Below are positions 17,912 through 26,348 of a stretch of DNA of 49,369 nucleotides, one piece after another (position 1 is the first letter of the stretch; each line of letters starts with the position of its first letter). The stretch covers positions 1-49,369 of the forward strand of contig JAENZK010000001.1 in the NCBI GenBank assembly GCA_016841285.1. Reading direction: 5' to 3'. The notes beneath the pieces were generated by a model. The model made no database searches, was not told the DNA's origin, and saw nothing but the letters and a program-made list of their open reading frames with translations. The DNA comes from Guptibacillus hwajinpoensis. Its GTDB lineage: Bacteria; Bacillota; Bacilli; Bacillales; Bacillaceae_J. The translations under genes were made by a program, and so were the position numbers.

Positions 17912-19378
17912 TTATTGAACGGTATTTGATATTTTAGTTGTATGAATCATTGGCTTTCTATCTTTCCAAGGTAACGAAGCTTCTAGTTGGGCGGCTAATT
18001 GCAATAAAGTTGCTTCGTCGGCAAATCTGCCTGTAAATTGCATTCCGATTGGTAGGCCGTTTTTACTCATTTTTAAAGGTAAGGAAATAGCCGGTTGTCC
18101 TGTTGAATTAAATAAATTTGTGAAAGGAGCGTAGGTGAAAATTTGGTCTGTCCATTGTTTTGCATCAAGAGAAGGATTATTAGCATTTAAAAATCCAATT
18201 TCTGCAGGTAAACTTGCTATTGTTGGTGTTAAGAACACATCATAATCCATGAAAAAGTTTCCCACTTGTCGCGAAACCATTGCATTCATGTCAATTGCTT
18301 CCAGCAATTCAGATGCTTTCATTTCTTTTCCAAACAAATAACATTGCAAAATAGCTGCTTCGATATTGTCTTCTGATGGTGCTCTTCCCGACAATTTAGA
18401 AGCGCCTTCAATCATATTATAAATATTTGCCGTCCAAATCCGTAAAGTAGCTAAACTCAATGCCTCGACATCATAGATTGGAGAGGCTTCGACTACTGTA
18501 TGTCCTAACTCCTCACATAATTTTACGGTTTCATGTAATGCTTTAATACATTCTTCGTTCACAGGGACACCTGTTCCAGGTTTTGCTGTCCAGGCAATTT
18601 TTAAAGGTTTAATGGGTTTGTTAATGATTTGTTTATACTCTTCGTTTGGTGATTCAGGCCAACCATAGCATCCAATGTCTGGTCCGCTGACTGCATCAAG
18701 AAGGGAAGCGGTATCTCTAACAGATTTTGTTAGAGCAAATTCTATTGCAATTCCATTAAGAGGTTCACTATTGTATGGGCCGGCAGGTATTCTACCTCTA
18801 GTTGGTTTTAAACCAACTAAGCCGCTGCAAGATGCAGGGATCCGAATTGAACCACCCCCATCATTTGCATGGGCAACAGGTGTTATTCCTGAAGCGATGG
18901 CAGCAGCAGAACCACCACTGGATCCACCGGGACTATGATTTAGATTCCAGGGATTACGTGTAGGTCCATAAATAACTGCTTCAGTTGCTGCGTTGTAACC
19001 AAACTCAGGTGTTGCTGTTGTACCTACTGTAACAAAACCAGCTTTTCTAAACCTTGCCATTAGCTCGCTATCAACTGGAAATACGGTATTTTCAGCCAAA
19101 CGGCTCCCCATACTTATGGGAACATTTTTTGCGTGAAGTACAAGTTCTTTAATAAGAAAAGGTACGCCTTGAAAATCACCTTTTGGTATACCAGACTTTA
19201 TTTCCTGCAAAGCCTCTTCTTCAAGAATGGATACAACAGCATTAAGATCTGGATTTAAAGCATTTATAGCCTTAATAGATAGCTGGATAAGCTCTTCCGG
19301 CTTAACCAGTTTGTTTTTAACCAGTTCTGCAAGACCTAAACCATCATAACTTGAAAACTCAGAAATATTCATGATCAT
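17912..19378 (-). CDS. Amidase signature family hydrolase
   Basis: GVPFLIKE (catalytic Lys), GGSSGGS, DGGGSIRIPAS, GLKPTRGR. Confidence 0.93.
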   Translation of the reverse strand: MIMNISEFSSYDGLGLAELVKNKLVKPEELIQLSIKAINALNPDLNAVVSILEEEALQEIKSGIPKGDFQGVPFLIKELVLHAKNVPISMGSRLAENTVFPVDSELMARFRKAGFVTVGTTATPEFGYNAATEAVIYGPTRNPWNLNHSPGGSSGGSAAAIASGITPVAHANDGGGSIRIPASCSGLVGLKPTRGRIPAGPYNSEPLNGIAIEFALTKSVRDTASLLDAVSGPDIGCYGWPESPNEEYKQIINKPIKPLKIAWTAKPGTGVPVNEECIKALHETVKLCEELGHTVVEASPIYDVEALSLATLRIWTANIYNMIEGASKLSGRAPSEDNIEAAILQCYLFGKEMKASELLEAIDMNAMVSRQVGNFFMDYDVFLTPTIASLPAEIGFLNANNPSLDAKQWTDQIFTYAPFTNLFNSTGQPAISLPLKMSKNGLPIGMQFTGRFADEATLLQLAAQLEASLPWKDRKPMIHTTKISNTVQ

Positions 19379-19387
19379 TTCCCCCTT

Positions 19388-19421
19388 TTAGATTTAAATA
19401 TATTCTAATATCTAAATCTAA
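19388..19421. promoter_or_regulatory. Palindrome, candidate operator between amidase and LuxR genes
   Basis: TTAGATTTAAATAT-attcta-ATATCTAAATCTAA, 13/14 arm match. Confidence 0.4.
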
Positions 19422-19500
19422 GTTTTACTATTACTCAAAAGGATAATATTTATAATATTAAGAATATTGTATATAATATTACAAGAGGGGGAGAAAAGGA

Positions 19501-20232
19501 GTGCAATTAACATATCATGAGTATGAAAAAGTGCTTTGCGCAGTGGAAGATTTAGCAACTAAACAATTAACCATTGGATTAGATAGCTATAGAAAGGAAG
19601 TTCTACATATCCTCTATAATGTTTTTGGTTACAGATATTCTCTATTCTGGATTTCAGACGGGAATCATCTGATTGATCCAATTTTATTAAACATAGAAAA
19701 GCAGTCTCTTATAGAATATGAAAACCATTATAAAAAGCAAGATTTTCTACAACCATTTAATGTAAAACACAAGAAAAGAATCCAAACGCTAAATGATGTT
19801 GTTCCCTTTTCAAAGTACTTGCAAACTGAATATTACAACTCATTTATGAAGAAATATCTTTTCCTTGATGAACTAGCCATTTACCTAGAACATAATGGAG
19901 AAATCGTTGGTGGTATTGGTATTTTGAGAAATAGAGATGAGACAAGGTTTACCCTTAAAGATGTAAGTATGCTTAATTATCTTGTTAAACAAATTGAAAG
20001 CGGATTTAATATTCATAGGAACATCGCTAACAATATTATTAAAAAGATTGGATTGACGGAAAGAGAACAAGAAATTGTTTACTATCTTGAAAAGGGACTG
20101 AAAAATAAAGAGATATCTAAAATTCTATTTGTGACTGAACATACTGTTAAGAAACATTTGCAAAATCTATTTCTTAAGACAGGTACTAATAATAGAACTG
20201 AGTTATTATATAGATTAAAATATATGAAGTAA
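19501..20232 (+). CDS. LuxR-family transcriptional regulator with N-terminal ligand-binding (GAF-like) domain
   Basis: C-terminal LTEREQEIV...GLKNKEIS...TVKKHLQNLF.K...NRTEL HTH. Confidence 0.88.
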   Translation: MQLTYHEYEKVLCAVEDLATKQLTIGLDSYRKEVLHILYNVFGYRYSLFWISDGNHLIDPILLNIEKQSLIEYENHYKKQDFLQPFNVKHKKRIQTLNDVVPFSKYLQTEYYNSFMKKYLFLDELAIYLEHNGEIVGGIGILRNRDETRFTLKDVSMLNYLVKQIESGFNIHRNIANNIIKKIGLTEREQEIVYYLEKGLKNKEISKILFVTEHTVKKHLQNLFLKTGTNNRTELLYRLKYMK

Positions 20233-20291
20233 TTTAGACGTACCTCCAGTTGTCTTTTGGCCATTCGATCTTTTATGGGAGTGAGAAGTTG

Positions 20292-21062
20292 ATGAAAATG
20301 ATTGATGCTCACATACATCTAGATAAATATGCAGATGAAGAAATACGTCTGATAATAGAGAAATCCAACTACCTAGATTCTTTGGTGTCTGTTTCTTATG
20401 ATTTAGAATCATGCAAAAGGAATCTGCAATTGTCTAAAAAATACGATAAGGTCAAACCGGTATTTGGATTTCATCCAGAGCAACAGTTACTTACAGCATC
20501 CGAATTATCTTTGATGATTGAATGGATGACTGCTAATCATACAGAAATGATTGCAGTTGGAGAGGTTGGTTTACCGTTTTATAGCAAAGCTGATGGAAGG
20601 ATATCTAGTCTGCAGTTTGAACAATATAAAGAGCTTCTGGAGCAGTTCATAGTTTTGGCGAAAAAATGGGATAAACCGATTGTACTCCATGCTGTTTATG
20701 ATGATGCTCCTATTGTTTGTGATCTTTTAGAGATACATTCAGTTATAAAAGCACATTTTCATTGGTTCAAAGGAGATGATAAGATAATAAGGAGAATGGC
20801 TGAAAATGGATATTATATATCTGTAACACCTGAAATTGTATATAGGGAAAAAATAAAGAAAGTTGCTCAAATGTATCCCATAGAACAAATTATGGTAGAG
20901 ACAGATGGACCGTGGCCATTTGAAGGACCGTTTAGTGGCAAAATGACTCATCCTTTTATGATGAAGCAATCAATTGCTACAATAGCAAAGATTAAAGACC
21001 TTTCAGAGAGTGATGTTGCAGAAAAGATAATTGAAAATACAAGGGAATTCTTTTTGATTTAG
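20292..21062 (+). CDS. TatD-family hydrolase
   Basis: IDAHIH, GFHP, GEVGLP, VLH, HFHW, ETDGPW; start moved to ATG 20292. Confidence 0.9.
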   Translation: MKMIDAHIHLDKYADEEIRLIIEKSNYLDSLVSVSYDLESCKRNLQLSKKYDKVKPVFGFHPEQQLLTASELSLMIEWMTANHTEMIAVGEVGLPFYSKADGRISSLQFEQYKELLEQFIVLAKKWDKPIVLHAVYDDAPIVCDLLEIHSVIKAHFHWFKGDDKIIRRMAENGYYISVTPEIVYREKIKKVAQMYPIEQIMVETDGPWPFEGPFSGKMTHPFMMKQSIATIAKIKDLSESDVAEKIIENTREFFLI

Positions 21063-21080
21063 AATTTTGAAACAGTTGAG

Positions 21081-21851
21081 GTGTTTTTAATGGATTTACA
21101 ATTAAAGGGGAACAATGTACTCGTAACTGGTGGATCGAAAGGGATTGGAAAAGAAATAGCAAAGGTATTTCTATTGGAAGGTGCCAATGTTGCGATTGCT
21201 GCACGTAATATCGATTTTCTAAATAAGGCAAAAGAAGAACTGGGAGATGCAGTTACTTTTTTTCAGTGTGATATTACAAAAGCTGAAGAACGCGAAAAGC
21301 TGATTGTCTCATTTACAGAAGAAAAAGGAGCCCTCGATATTCTTGTTAATAATGCAGGTGGAAGTAATGGTGGATCAACAATGGAAACAGACTTGGATTT
21401 ATTTCATGAAGCGATGGAACTGAATTATTTTTCTGCTGTTCATTTATGTAAATTAGCAGTTGAGCAAATGAAGAAGAATGGCTGCGGGGCTATCATTAAT
21501 ATAACTTCGATCTTTGGTAGAGAAAGTGGTGGGAAGGTTACTTACAATAATGCCAAAGCTGCTCTGATCAGTTTCACAAAGTCGCTAGCTGATGAAGTGA
21601 TTCGCTACGGAATTCGTGTTAACAGTGTTGCACCAGGAAGTATCTTTCATGAAACGGGAAATTGGAAAAAGCGAATGGAAGAGAATCCGGAAAAGATTAA
21701 GGCATTTGTGGAGAACGAAATACCAGGAGGTCGTTTTGGCACAGTTGAAGAAGTAGCCAATGTTGTCGCTTTTCTTGCTTCCGAGAAGGCGTCATGGGTT
21801 GTTGGAGCAAGTCTGAATGTTGATGGCGGTCAATCAAGAATGAATTTTTAG
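21081..21851 (+). CDS. SDR-family oxidoreductase
   Basis: TGGSKGIG, NNAG, YNNAK catalytic motif, VDGG. Confidence 0.92.
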   Translation: MFLMDLQLKGNNVLVTGGSKGIGKEIAKVFLLEGANVAIAARNIDFLNKAKEELGDAVTFFQCDITKAEEREKLIVSFTEEKGALDILVNNAGGSNGGSTMETDLDLFHEAMELNYFSAVHLCKLAVEQMKKNGCGAIINITSIFGRESGGKVTYNNAKAALISFTKSLADEVIRYGIRVNSVAPGSIFHETGNWKKRMEENPEKIKAFVENEIPGGRFGTVEEVANVVAFLASEKASWVVGASLNVDGGQSRMNF

Positions 21852-21883
21852 GTCAAAAGTCCCAGAATTTCAAGTATTTACAG

Positions 21884-21913
21884 GTGCAAATCTATCAATA
21901 TACATGTTATATT
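21884..21913 (+). promoter_or_regulatory. Sigma-A-like promoter of the ncRNA array
   Basis: GTGCAA-18-TATATT with TG extension (TGtTATATT). Confidence 0.5.
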
Positions 21914-21994
21914 TTATATACGCGATACGAACGAAACACACATATCGCTGAATAACGATTTGGTAGAGAAGTACTCTTTGCCATTTAATATTAC

Positions 21995-22356
21995 GGGAAT
22001 GTCCTGGTATCGACAGGGATATTTTGAGCTTGTATTGCGAGTCGCGGGGATCGGCCGCGCAAACAACGTCAAAGCCTATAATAACTGGCAAACAACAAAA
22101 CAACTTCGCATTCGCTGCCTAATAACAGTTGATTGCGGTTCCTTCCTCCATCGTCCATGTGGTAGGATAAGGGACTCACTCTAAGTGGACTACGCCGGAT
22201 TCTGCAGTCTGAAGATGAAGGAAGAGAATAATCAGACTAGCCCCTTCAACGTCAGTTAGCAGGCTAACGGAGAGGGCGAAATCAATTTGCTGACTACACT
22301 CGTAGATGTATAAGTGCCAATATCTTTGCACATGGGTTCGACTCCCATCATTTCCA
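21995..22356 (+). ncRNA. ssrA: tmRNA, divergent copy, tag (A)GKQQNNFAFAA
   Basis: Acceptor stem GGGAATG/CATTTCC-A with G3.U70, TCGACAGGG 5' motif, ATAACT-GGC resume context, tag ORF 22087-22122 ending AA-TAA-TAA, T-arm ATGGG-TTCGACT-CCCAT. Confidence 0.93.
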
Positions 22357-22373
22357 TTTTCTTTGTGATTTTT

Positions 22374-22550
22374 CATCCTGCATTGTACGTAACCCATACT
22401 TGTTTTAAACCGTACTATTTTTTCGGGATTCCTATATGAGTTGACTGATGCCATGCCTGTTTCACAGGATTGCAGAAAGGTCAAACTGCGGAAACCCACC
22501 TGCGAGAGCGGGTTTATAAAACAACTTGGGATACGGCATAGGTGGGACTT
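22374..22550 (+). ncRNA. ssrS: 6S RNA
   Basis: Bacillus 6S motif ACCCACCTGCGAGAGCGGGTT...AAAACAA...ACGGCA...GGGAC; rod-like pairing of TCCTGC/GTGGGA, CGTA/TACG, TTGTTTT/AAAACAA; boundaries approximate. Confidence 0.82.
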
Positions 22551-22592
22551 CATTTTTCTAACGACATAGGTTTATTATAGTTTACAATTACA

Positions 22593-22861
22593 TACCGTGG
22601 TAGGCGGGGAGTTAGCGGTGCCCTGTAACTCGCAATCCGCTTTAGCGAGGCTGAATTCCTTTCTGCGGTATGACAATGTAAGGTTTGCCTTATGTATGCG
22701 GTGTTGACCTTTGGAGTCCTCGCAACAGATACCCATGAAATTGGTCAGGTCGGGAACGAAGCAGCCATAAGTGGTCCATTCTGTGTGTCGAAGGGTTGCT
22801 CTGAATGAGCTTGCAGCATAAGTAACACTTATATTGCCATATCAATGAAAGGTCCACGGTT
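22593..22861 (+). ncRNA. ffs: Large bacterial SRP RNA (scRNA), divergent copy
   Basis: Closing helix ACCGTGG/CCACGGT, Alu-domain GCGGGGAG.TAGCGGTGCCCTGTA...GCAATCCGCT, helix 8 GTCAGGTCG-GGAA-CGAAGCAGC. Confidence 0.92.
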
Positions 22862-22903
22862 TTACATATTCAGATCATGAAAAGTAAATTAGATATATAG
22901 GAG

Positions 22904-22943
22904 ATAAACGCTGGCTCTACATTGTGAGTTAACGTTTATTTTT
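22904..22943 (+). terminator. Intrinsic terminator closing the ncRNA array
   Basis: ATAAACGCTGGCTC...GAGTTAACGTTTAT followed by TTTT. Confidence 0.7.
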
Positions 22944-23032
22944 ATATGGACCGTTTAGATTTAAAAAAGGTTGTATAACTTTCTATTATGTAGTACGATT
23001 AATTTTCAAATAAATGAGGACGTGATTAATAA

Positions 23033-23407
23033 ATGATAAAAATTGAAATTCCTGAAGTAGCTGTTTCGATTACTGAGCGGAAACAAATTAGAAAAGAAAA
23101 TGAGCCAGTGATAACGTCTATTGAAGGATTTATTGACCTCCATAAGATTCCAAGAGACAAAGGTGGATTAATCTTGTTTTATAACATTAATGATGATTTA
23201 CTTTTTGTTGGGAAGGCGAGAAAACTTAGACAACGGGTCATTAAGCATCTGCAAGATAATGTGTCACCACTTAAAAATCACAGAGATGAAGTGTACAGAA
23301 TTGATGTATGTATTGTAGAGGATCCGATGGAAAGAGACATTTATGAAACCTATTTGATTAATAAATTTAAAGCCAAATATAATATAGAAAAGGTGTTTTA
23401 TAAATAA
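23033..23407 (+). CDS. Stand-alone GIY-YIG nuclease domain protein (UvrC N-terminal/YurQ-like)
   Basis: GLILFY...LLFVGKARKLRQRV...YETYLIN...YN. Confidence 0.85.
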   Translation: MIKIEIPEVAVSITERKQIRKENEPVITSIEGFIDLHKIPRDKGGLILFYNINDDLLFVGKARKLRQRVIKHLQDNVSPLKNHRDEVYRIDVCIVEDPMERDIYETYLINKFKAKYNIEKVFYK

Positions 23408-23692
23408 TATTAGAAATGTAATACACTCGCAAATGTTGATTTTTCAATGTTTGTGAGCGTTTTCTGTATACGGCAGTATCTGAAGCGGTAATAATATCAA
23501 TGATTAAAAGCGCCAATAATAAAATAGAATTGAAAGTAGGATTTTTAAGATAAATGTCGAAAATAGGTATATGGAGATTAAAAATGATAACAAGTACGGT
23601 AGGATAAAATTCTTGAATCTTTAGCGTTGCGCTCGCTTGAACAAGAAAAAGAGTTGCTGGAATTGAAAAGAATTTAATGAGGAGTGTTAGAT

Positions 23693-23998
23693 ATGGCAGT
23701 TATTTTGCAGGTTGATTTTAAAATGGATGGACCTTTTGGTCAAGAGATGGCTGAAGGTTTTGCTGGACTAGCAAAGAGCATTAATGATGAAGACGGCTTT
23801 TTGTGGAAAATTTGGACTGAGAATAGGGAGACAAAAGAAGCTGGTGGCATTTATTTGTTTGAGACAAAGGATACGGCCCAAAAATATTTAAATATGCACA
23901 CTGAAAGGTTAAAGGGCTTTGGCATTGAACCTGTAAATGCAAAAATTTTTGAAGTGAATGAGGAATTAACAAAAATTAATCATGGCCCACTTAAGTAA
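23693..23998 (+). CDS. YdhR-family putative monooxygenase
   Basis: LQVDF, GPFG, WKIWTEN, GGIYLFE, YL.MHT.RL. Confidence 0.88.
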   Translation: MAVILQVDFKMDGPFGQEMAEGFAGLAKSINDEDGFLWKIWTENRETKEAGGIYLFETKDTAQKYLNMHTERLKGFGIEPVNAKIFEVNEELTKINHGPLK

Positions 23999-24067
23999 TA
24001 CGACATTTGATATTTTTAAGTTATTGAAAAAGTTATTTAAAGGAATAGGCATAATAATTTAAGAAGT

Positions 24068-24118
24068 AATACTTCCGCTACTATCTATACAGAAGTCATA
24101 CTGTATAGCGGAGGTGTT
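24068..24118 (+). terminator. Intrinsic terminator
   Basis: AATACTTCCGCTA...TAGCGGAGGTGTT followed by T-rich tract. Confidence 0.65.
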
Positions 24119-24171
24119 GCTTTGTTTTTTTAATATATAAAAAATAATTAAATATTGATTTATATCAAATT

Positions 24172-24190
24172 GATAATGATAATCGTTAAC
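24172..24190. promoter_or_regulatory. Fur box upstream of flavodoxin
   Basis: GATAATGATAATCGTTAAC, 17/19 match to GATAATGATAATCATTATC, overlapping a TTGATA...TATAAT promoter. Confidence 0.85.
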
Positions 24191-24247
24191 ATATAATTAT
24201 TGTGTAATAAAATAACACATCTACTATCTTTATGGGAGATGGTTAGA

Positions 24248-24688
24248 ATGGGAAAAATCCTAATAGTTTATTGTAGTATGACTGGAAATACCGAGACAAT
24301 TGCTAAAATGGTGGAGGAAGGTATTATTGAGGGTGGCTCTGAGGTAGTGCGAAAAGATGTGCTTGAGGTTGATGCTAATGAGATACTTGATTATGAGGCA
24401 GTTATTCTGGGCTCCTATACATGGGGGGAAGGGGAAATCCCTGATGAATTCCTTGATTACTATGACGAAATCAACGGATTAGATTTCACGGGAAAAAAAT
24501 TTGCGGTATTCAGTTCAGGTGATACATCGTACGATAACTTTTGTGGGGCGGTTGACATATTAGAAAATAGGATTGAAGTAAATGGAGGACAAATAGTGCT
24601 TAAGAGCATAAAGATAGAACAGTATCCAAATGAAGACGATGAGGTACGTTGCAAAGAATTTGGGAAAAGATTTGTTGAATCCATATAA
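24248..24688 (+). CDS. Short-chain flavodoxin
   Basis: SMTGNTE FMN loop, GSYTWGEG, GDTSYDNFCGAVD; start ATG 24248. Confidence 0.92.
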   Translation: MGKILIVYCSMTGNTETIAKMVEEGIIEGGSEVVRKDVLEVDANEILDYEAVILGSYTWGEGEIPDEFLDYYDEINGLDFTGKKFAVFSSGDTSYDNFCGAVDILENRIEVNGGQIVLKSIKIEQYPNEDDEVRCKEFGKRFVESI

Positions 24689-24831
24689 TTTTAGAACTCA
24701 TTATTGGAAATTAGGAATAAATTCTTATATTTTTTGTAAAAATTTACCGTATAATAAAATTGAAGTAGGAGTACAACAGATATCTGCTGTGCTCTATTTT
24801 TATAGATAAAAAGATGGAGGTGGAACATTCA

Positions 24832-25305
24832 ATGTCAAATGATAATGAATTAATATTAAATAAAGGAGAACAAAATGAAATTAAAAAGATAAAAGTAGAA
24901 AGAAAGGAAGGGGAACCGACTTCAGCTTTCAAAAGCGCTTCTTGGGGAGCGCTGTTAGTAGGTGTTTCGGCCTATCTCATAGGATTGTTTAATTCGACGA
25001 TGCATCTGAACGAAAAAGGGTATTATTTTGCAATTTTAATTTTAGGGCTTTATGCAGCTGTATCCTTACAAAAAGCAGTGAGAGATAAAGATGAGGGTAT
25101 TCCAGTTACTAATATTTATTATGGAATCAGTTGGATTGCACTTATTGTTTCTTTGTCATTAATGGCGATTGGGTTGTACAATGCAGGAAGTATGGTTTTA
25201 AGCCAAAAGGGATTTTATGGTATGTCTTTTGTACTTAGTTTATTTGCTGCCATTACTGTCCAAAAGAATATAAGAGATACACAAAGGGCAAGAGAGCGAG
25301 ATTGA
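24832..25305 (+). CDS. YiaA/YiaB two-helix-repeat membrane protein
   Basis: GLFN...LNEKGYY and GLYN...LSQKGFY repeats, QK-x-x-RD; GGAGGTGG RBS before ATG 24832. Confidence 0.88.
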   Translation: MSNDNELILNKGEQNEIKKIKVERKEGEPTSAFKSASWGALLVGVSAYLIGLFNSTMHLNEKGYYFAILILGLYAAVSLQKAVRDKDEGIPVTNIYYGISWIALIVSLSLMAIGLYNAGSMVLSQKGFYGMSFVLSLFAAITVQKNIRDTQRARERD

Positions 25306-25312
25306 GTTAGAT

Positions 25313-25353
25313 AAAAAAGCGTTGCTAATCGCTTAGGTATTGCAACGCTTTTT
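25313..25353. terminator. Bidirectional terminator
   Basis: AAAAAAGCGTTGC...GCAACGCTTTTT between convergent genes. Confidence 0.8.
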
Positions 25354-25357
25354 CGAG

Positions 25358-26218
25358 TTAAGAAAACCTCTCAATCATAAAATCAATAAAATACCTGCTG
25401 GAAAGTGGCAGGATTTTTTTATTTTTATACGCGATCCCAATCGTTCGGATGATCGGCGGAGAGATTTTCTTTTTTACTAATTCGTAACTGACCCTATTGA
25501 GTACCAATTCCGGCAATATAGAAATGCCAAGGCCGTTCTCTACCATGGACATAATCGTATAGTCATCGTGGACCCGGTATTGGGTATTCGGTTGTAAGTC
25601 ATTTTGCTTAAAGATTTCAAGTGGCTCACTCAATTCACCTTCATCCAAAAGAATAAAAGGCTCGTGCGATAATTCTTCTAAGGTAACATTTTCCTGAGTT
25701 GACAGTGAATGATTACGTGGTAAGACAGCAAGCATTTCGTCATCTTGTAAAGAAACTGTTGGCAGATCGGTTACGGCATCTGGATTGACGAAGCCAAAAT
25801 CGACGCTACCATCTTTGATACTTTTAATAATACTAGTGTATTCCCCTTGCTGCAGTTGAAAGTGAACAGAGGGATACATTATTTTAAAGTCTTTAATTAA
25901 CCGAGGTAGCCAATTGCAGGACACACTTGAGAAAGTTCCAATTCGAATAAGCCCGCCCTCAAGGCCTTGCATTTCTTTCTTCTTCTCTAATAGCTCCCAA
26001 TATGCATTACTCACGTTCGTTATATACGGTAGAAACTGTTCGCCATCAGGGGTTAAGCTAATCCCTTTTCTTGATCGGAATATTAGTGTTGTGGAAAGTT
26101 CATCCTCAAGGGACTGGATCAATTGGCTGACTGCCGATTGAGTATATCCCAATTCTTCAGCTGCTCTTGTAAAACTTCCTTTTTCAATCACCTTTAAAAA
26201 GGCTTCATAGTGCTTCAT
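25358..26218 (-). CDS. LysR-family transcriptional regulator
   Basis: GSFTRAAEELGYTQSAVSQLIQSLE HTH; divergent from azlCD. Confidence 0.93.
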   Translation of the reverse strand: MKHYEAFLKVIEKGSFTRAAEELGYTQSAVSQLIQSLEDELSTTLIFRSRKGISLTPDGEQFLPYITNVSNAYWELLEKKKEMQGLEGGLIRIGTFSSVSCNWLPRLIKDFKIMYPSVHFQLQQGEYTSIIKSIKDGSVDFGFVNPDAVTDLPTVSLQDDEMLAVLPRNHSLSTQENVTLEELSHEPFILLDEGELSEPLEIFKQNDLQPNTQYRVHDDYTIMSMVENGLGISILPELVLNRVSYELVKKKISPPIIRTIGIAYKNKKILPLSSRYFIDFMIERFS

Positions 26219-26348
26219 CCAAACGGAACCTCCCTAATTTTCATTAGAAGTTCTAATACATTAATCATATATATTAATTTTACTTATTGTCAAACTATGT
26301 GGTAAAATCAGAACAATTTGTTAGATATACAACCGGAGGGACAGTCAG

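Noticed and set aside
22330-22360. Prophage or island integrated at the tmRNA 3' end
   Set aside because: No integrase, no duplicated 3' end and no phage genes are visible in the window.
21870-22553. ORFs 21870-22103, 21960-22184 and 22176-22553
   Set aside because: They overlap the tmRNA and 6S RNA, lack convincing RBS or protein features, and are shadows of the RNA genes.
22862-23030. A fourth RNA such as RNase P RNA or a tRNA continuing the array
   Set aside because: No recognisable motif; only a terminator and promoter-like AT-rich sequence.
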